Positions 59,993 through 64,000 of a stretch of 64,000 nt of DNA are shown in pieces. Under the pieces are notes generated by a model. That model was not told where the DNA came from, made no database searches, and saw only the letters and a list, made by a program, of their open reading frames with translations. The translations under genes were made by a program, and so were the position numbers. The DNA comes from an uncultured archaeon. Lineage in GTDB: Archaea; Asgardarchaeota; Lokiarchaeia; Sigyniarchaeales; SOKP01. The DNA is taken from positions 1 through 64,000 of the forward strand of contig CAZWEM010000006.1 in the NCBI GenBank assembly GCA_964632315.1, read 5' to 3'. Position 1 is the stretch's first letter; each line of letters begins with the position of its first letter.

Positions 59993-61974
59993 TCATAAAT
60001 TTTCTTGTTCTTAAAGTCTTGCCAAACGTTTTCAAACCATGTTATATTCTTGGGAATAGGTCGAGTGTCAATCCAATTGACATTTATTTTATCATTCATC
60101 AATTGGAGGGTCTGGATTTTCTTTTTTAGATGATTCTCGTTCGAAATAAATTCAAATTTATCAAGAGGTTTTGGAGGAATTATAATATTCTCGCCTTCTC
60201 GTAAATTTTCTCTTAGTATCAGAAATGAACCTCTACTTTCCCCTCCTTGGTTGTGATAATCCTCAATAGCTTTTAAAAAAACAAAATGGGTAAGAAGAGC
60301 ATCTTTCACTTGAAAATATTCTAAAAAGTCCTCATTAGTAACAATGGAAACTGTCTCATGATATTTGGGAATAAGAGATTGAATGTTTTCTATATTTTCA
60401 TTAAGAGACTTGTAAGGTCTTATAATTGAACCGAATTTATTCATTGTTTCTTGAAGACTTTTCAAGATTGAGTTGGGTTTTAAAATTTTTTTCTTGTTTT
60501 CTAAAGCTTTTTTAACTTCAGATATTAATATTTGCGTGCCAACTTTAGCGTTATATTTAAATGTTGCATCATCAATCGACATCTCATAATTTTTATTTCT
60601 CGCAATTTTTTGAGCTGCTCTTAAGCCTCCCACTTGTCCAGAGTTTAATGCAGCTCCTCCTGGCCTGTGAATTCCATGTGAACCATTAATCTCTCCTATC
60701 GCGAAAAGATGGTTAATATTCGTCTCCCACCAGATATCTCCAATTATCCCCCCATTAAGGTGCTGATTACAAACTCCTATTTCAATTGGTTCGATTGAGA
60801 GATCTATCTCATTTTTTTGATAAAGTTTTATTGCATCCTCATTCATAATCTTAAGCCGTTCAAAAGGCGTGCCTTTAATAGCATTACAGTTTTCTAAATA
60901 GATTCTTGATTCATTTGATAGTTCATCGAAATTGAAATCTTTGGGATTGCGTCTAAAATCTAAAAATATTTTTCTATTTAGAATGTTTTGCTGATAATAA
61001 ACGGATAAATCTATTAAGGAAGAACCCCAATCCTTTATTTGGGATGCGTTGAACGGCCATTGATATCCTTTAAGAAAAATAGCATTGGAGAGTTTTTTAA
61101 AAGACGGAAAAATTTTAGTCAAAAATTCTACTTCTTGCCCCGATTCATCAATTGAGAAATACCTTGGAATAACTTGTTGATATGATCCAGATAGATTCCA
61201 TCGGAACTTTAAAGAAGCTAATCCAAATTGTGATTCTGTTAGGTTTTGAAACTTACAACCCGCTTCAATTGCCAATAGCGTTGTACCAGTTTGAGATGGG
61301 GGATAGACAGAATGTTTATATAAGATAGCAGGTCCTCCAGTAGCAAGAATAACATTACGAGCCTTAAAAAATCTTAAACTTTTCTTAAAATCCGAAAGTG
61401 AATTGCATCGTTGATCTTTTTTAAAACAAATGACACCCATTACATCATTCGGTGTTTTTGATTTGTCAATTATCAACTTGAGAGCATAATGTTGATCATA
61501 GATTTGAATTTGATTCTGTTTTACTTCCTTTAAAAGACAATTTCCCATTTCTTGAGAAGTTAATGGCCCAACGGAAGTTGCTCTTTGTCGAGGATCATTA
61601 TCAGTTTTATATCCTACATAAGCACCGTATTTATCATGAGGGAATTGCACTCCCAGGTTAACTAAATGAAAAAATTCTCTCACGGAATTTGTTGCTTCAA
61701 TTAAAGCTATATCCCCATGCATCGCTCCACCTTGAAAAAAGTCTTTCGCCATTAAATAAGGAGAATCTAAATTTTCTCCGATTGTCGAGAGTTTATAATA
61801 GGTTTGTTTATCAGAACCAGTATTGAATGAAGTACCTCCTCCCAGTTGATCAGTTACAATTGCAATTTTTTCAGGAGACAATCCTTCCATAACCAAATGT
61901 AATGCACAATTTAACCCCGCTGCTCCTGAGCCAATGATTATAGTATTAAATTCTTCAAATTCATTTTCCATCAT
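59989..61974 (-). CDS. FAD-binding protein, SdhA/FrdA/NadB flavoprotein superfamily
   Basis: GSGAAG, GSDKQTYY, LATGG, QHxNGG, GE..G.HG..RPGG.AL; AGGAGG SD before ATG 61974. Confidence 0.85.
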   Translation of the reverse strand: MMENEFEEFNTIIIGSGAAGLNCALHLVMEGLSPEKIAIVTDQLGGGTSFNTGSDKQTYYKLSTIGENLDSPYLMAKDFFQGGAMHGDIALIEATNSVREFFHLVNLGVQFPHDKYGAYVGYKTDNDPRQRATSVGPLTSQEMGNCLLKEVKQNQIQIYDQHYALKLIIDKSKTPNDVMGVICFKKDQRCNSLSDFKKSLRFFKARNVILATGGPAILYKHSVYPPSQTGTTLLAIEAGCKFQNLTESQFGLASLKFRWNLSGSYQQVIPRYFSIDESGQEVEFLTKIFPSFKKLSNAIFLKGYQWPFNASQIKDWGSSLIDLSVYYQQNILNRKIFLDFRRNPKDFNFDELSNESRIYLENCNAIKGTPFERLKIMNEDAIKLYQKNEIDLSIEPIEIGVCNQHLNGGIIGDIWWETNINHLFAIGEINGSHGIHRPGGAALNSGQVGGLRAAQKIARNKNYEMSIDDATFKYNAKVGTQILISEVKKALENKKKILKPNSILKSLQETMNKFGSIIRPYKSLNENIENIQSLIPKYHETVSIVTNEDFLEYFQVKDALLTHFVFLKAIEDYHNQGGESRGSFLILRENLREGENIIIPPKPLDKFEFISNENHLKKKIQTLQLMNDKINVNWIDTRPIPKNITWFENVWQDFKNKKIYD

Positions 61975-61987
61975 CCCTGCTCCTCCT

Positions 61988-62785
61988 TTAAAGACGATGT
62001 AAGTGAAAACCTCCATCGATGTCTATTACGCACCCAGTAGCAAATGGGATCAAACCCTTTACTATTGCGACTACTGGTTTGGCCACGTCAATCGGTTTCC
62101 CCCATCTCTTAATGGGTGTTAATCCCTCGTTAATTAATTTTTCATATTTGTCGTGTACCGTTTGCGTCATTGGTGTATCAATGATTCCTGGAGAAATTTC
62201 AAAAACCGGAATGTTATACTCAGATAATCTATCAGCAAACAGTTTTGTTATCATTGAGACTCCAGCTTTAGAAATACAATACTCACCACGTGAAGTTGCA
62301 GAAGTATATCTATTAATAGAAGATATATTGATGATGTAAGGTTGATATTCATTTATTTCATTCTTTAAATCTATCATCCAATTAGCAACATCTTTAGTCA
62401 AAAAGAAAGGGCCTTTTAAATTTATGGTCATCACGTGATCATAAGATGTTTCTGAAGATATTAAGATGTCTTGTCGAAGTTCCGGTGCTACACCAGCGTT
62501 ATTAACAAGAACATCAATTCTATTGAACTTATACTGGATTTCTTCTAAAAGTCGGGTGCGATCTTCCTTTTTACTAATATCAGCTTGAATAAATAGTATT
62601 CTCTCTTCAATTTTTTCTCCAAAGATAGATTCAAGCGATGCAATGTATTCATTTGCTAATTTGTTTGTCGAGGCTCCATTAATAACGACCGAAAAATCTA
62701 TTTTTGCCAATTCTAAGATAATTGCTTTTCCAATCCCGTGTGTACTACCAGTCACTAATGCAACTTTATTTTGATGCCGTTCCAT
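61988..62785 (-). CDS. Short-chain dehydrogenase/reductase (3-ketoacyl-ACP reductase-like)
   Basis: TGxxxGIG, NNAG, YCISK, PGII.T.MT, IDGG. Confidence 0.92.
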   Translation of the reverse strand: MERHQNKVALVTGSTHGIGKAIILELAKIDFSVVINGASTNKLANEYIASLESIFGEKIEERILFIQADISKKEDRTRLLEEIQYKFNRIDVLVNNAGVAPELRQDILISSETSYDHVMTINLKGPFFLTKDVANWMIDLKNEINEYQPYIINISSINRYTSATSRGEYCISKAGVSMITKLFADRLSEYNIPVFEISPGIIDTPMTQTVHDKYEKLINEGLTPIKRWGKPIDVAKPVVAIVKGLIPFATGCVIDIDGGFHLHRL

Positions 62786-62863
62786 AGGTTATATTTTGGA
62801 TTGATGTTATTAAAATTATTACTAGTTATCCTTTTTTATTTAATTAACTTAAACTAGTATGTC

Positions 62864-64000
62864 ATGGAGCGATTCATATCTGATAAAATTTCCTCTGAAG
62901 AATTATCAATTTTAGATAATAATTCAGAGTGGTTGGGAATTTCAAAGTTACAATTAATGGAGTGTGCTGGATATTCATTTTCTAATCATATAAAAAGTCA
63001 ATTTGAGCTAAATAAAGACTCAAGAGTCCTAATTTTTTGTGGGAGAGGAAATAATGGAGGAGACGGATTTGTCATAGCTAGACATTTAGCATCTTTTAAT
63101 ATTCCGACTTCCGTTTTTTTACTTGGAATGCCCACGAAGATAAGTACCAAAGAAGCACTTCACAATTGGGATATATTAGCCTCATTAAGTTACCTTGTTG
63201 ATACTAAAGTTATAAAAGATTCAAAGGAGCTTACTCAAGTTTACATCGATAATGAAAAAGTGGATGAAAAATTGATCATTATTGATGCCTTGCTTGGTAC
63301 TGGAATTGAGGGAAAACTTCGAGAACCGATATCGACTTGTATTGAGGTTATAAATAAATTAAAAGAAACCACAAATAAAAATGTGAAAGTTGTTTCGGTA
63401 GATCTTCCTTCTGGAATGAATCCCAATACAGGAAAAGTTGTTGATAAAGCTGTTAAGGCAGATTTAGTTATTACTTTTCATAGATCTAAATATGGATTGA
63501 AATCTAAGACAGAATACATTAAGGAATTATTAGTGAAACCAATAGGAATCCCATTAGAAGCAAGCATTTTTGTAGGCAAAGGCGATTTACTTCCAACACT
63601 GAAAAAAAGAAAGACAGATTCCCACAAAGGCGAATTTGGTAAACTTTTAATCATTGGAGGCTCAAAAAATTACTCAGGGGCACCAGCTTATGCTGCAATG
63701 ACTGCAATTAACTTTGGATGTGATTTAGTAATAACTTATACTCCATCTGTGGTGGGGGATGTCATAAGATCCTATTCCCCTAACATGATTGTGAGAACTT
63801 GTAAGGGAGATTGGCTTAATATCAAGGCTTTCGAAGAAATATCATGGTTAATTGATTGGTCAGATTCGATTTTAATTGGTCCTGGAATGGGGCAAGAAGA
63901 GGAAACCGAGGAATTATTCGTTAAAGTGTTACAAAAGTTAAAAACAAACCAAAAAAATTTGGTGCTTGATGCTGATGCCTTGAAGTTAGTGAAAAATCAC
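62864..64000 (+). CDS. nnr: Bifunctional NAD(P)H-hydrate epimerase/dehydratase (3'-truncated by the window edge)
   Basis: Not in the ORF track. Hand translation gives LMECAG, CGRGNNGGDG, DALLGTG, DLPSG, HKG.FG, GGS..YSGA, GPGMG, DADAL. Confidence 0.93.
   Translation, partial: MERFISDKISSEELSILDNNSEWLGISKLQLMECAGYSFSNHIKSQFELNKDSRVLIFCGRGNNGGDGFVIARHLASFNIPTSVFLLGMPTKISTKEALHNWDILASLSYLVDTKVIKDSKELTQVYIDNEKVDEKLIIIDALLGTGIEGKLREPISTCIEVINKLKETTNKNVKVVSVDLPSGMNPNTGKVVDKAVKADLVITFHRSKYGLKSKTEYIKELLVKPIGIPLEASIFVGKGDLLPTLKKRKTDSHKGEFGKLLIIGGSKNYSGAPAYAAMTAINFGCDLVITYTPSVVGDVIRSYSPNMIVRTCKGDWLNIKAFEEISWLIDWSDSILIGPGMGQEEETEELFVKVLQKLKTNQKNLVLDADALKLVKNH

Noticed and set aside
1204-63426. Remaining short ORFs overlapping longer genes (e.g. 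3158, 9125, 19825, 26599, 62019, 63241)
   Set aside because: Antisense or alternate-frame shadows of well-supported genes, with no motifs.
1-64000. Transposases, integrases, prophage genes, CRISPR-Cas, rRNA
   Set aside because: No matching motifs or repeat-spacer structure seen.

Overview
AT-rich archaeal chromosomal DNA, most likely from an Asgard archaeon (Lokiarchaeia/Promethearchaeia). The assignment is inferred from multiple Rag/Arf-like small GTPases, longin/roadblock domains, an IPGY-TM-basic C-terminal sorting signal and tRNAs with bulge-helix-bulge (BHB) introns. The window holds a threonine biosynthesis cluster (thrH, thrC, hom, ACT), four MFS paralogs, a 10 kb signalling locus, an NHEJ cassette (Ku, LigD ligase, LigD phosphoesterase), hydrolases and redox genes, a tandem bacterioferritin-like fusion, an NfeD-flotillin-carbonic anhydrase cluster, two tRNAs that each carry two non-canonical introns, a TetR operon with four visible operators, and a partial nnr gene. 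The most notable part is 13994-24072. There a folliculin/SMCR8-like longin protein with the ARG arginine-finger motif is fused to a His-less histidine-kinase dimerisation (DHp) domain. It sits in one gene run with two PAS/GAF kinases and is flanked by a receiver protein, a pair of Rag-like GTPases and an Arf-like GTPase with a polyproline/WH2-like tail. This is a candidate system coupling two-component sensing to eukaryote-type GTPase switches. All calls are from motif reading by eye; no searches were run. No CRISPR array, rRNA or transposase was recognised.
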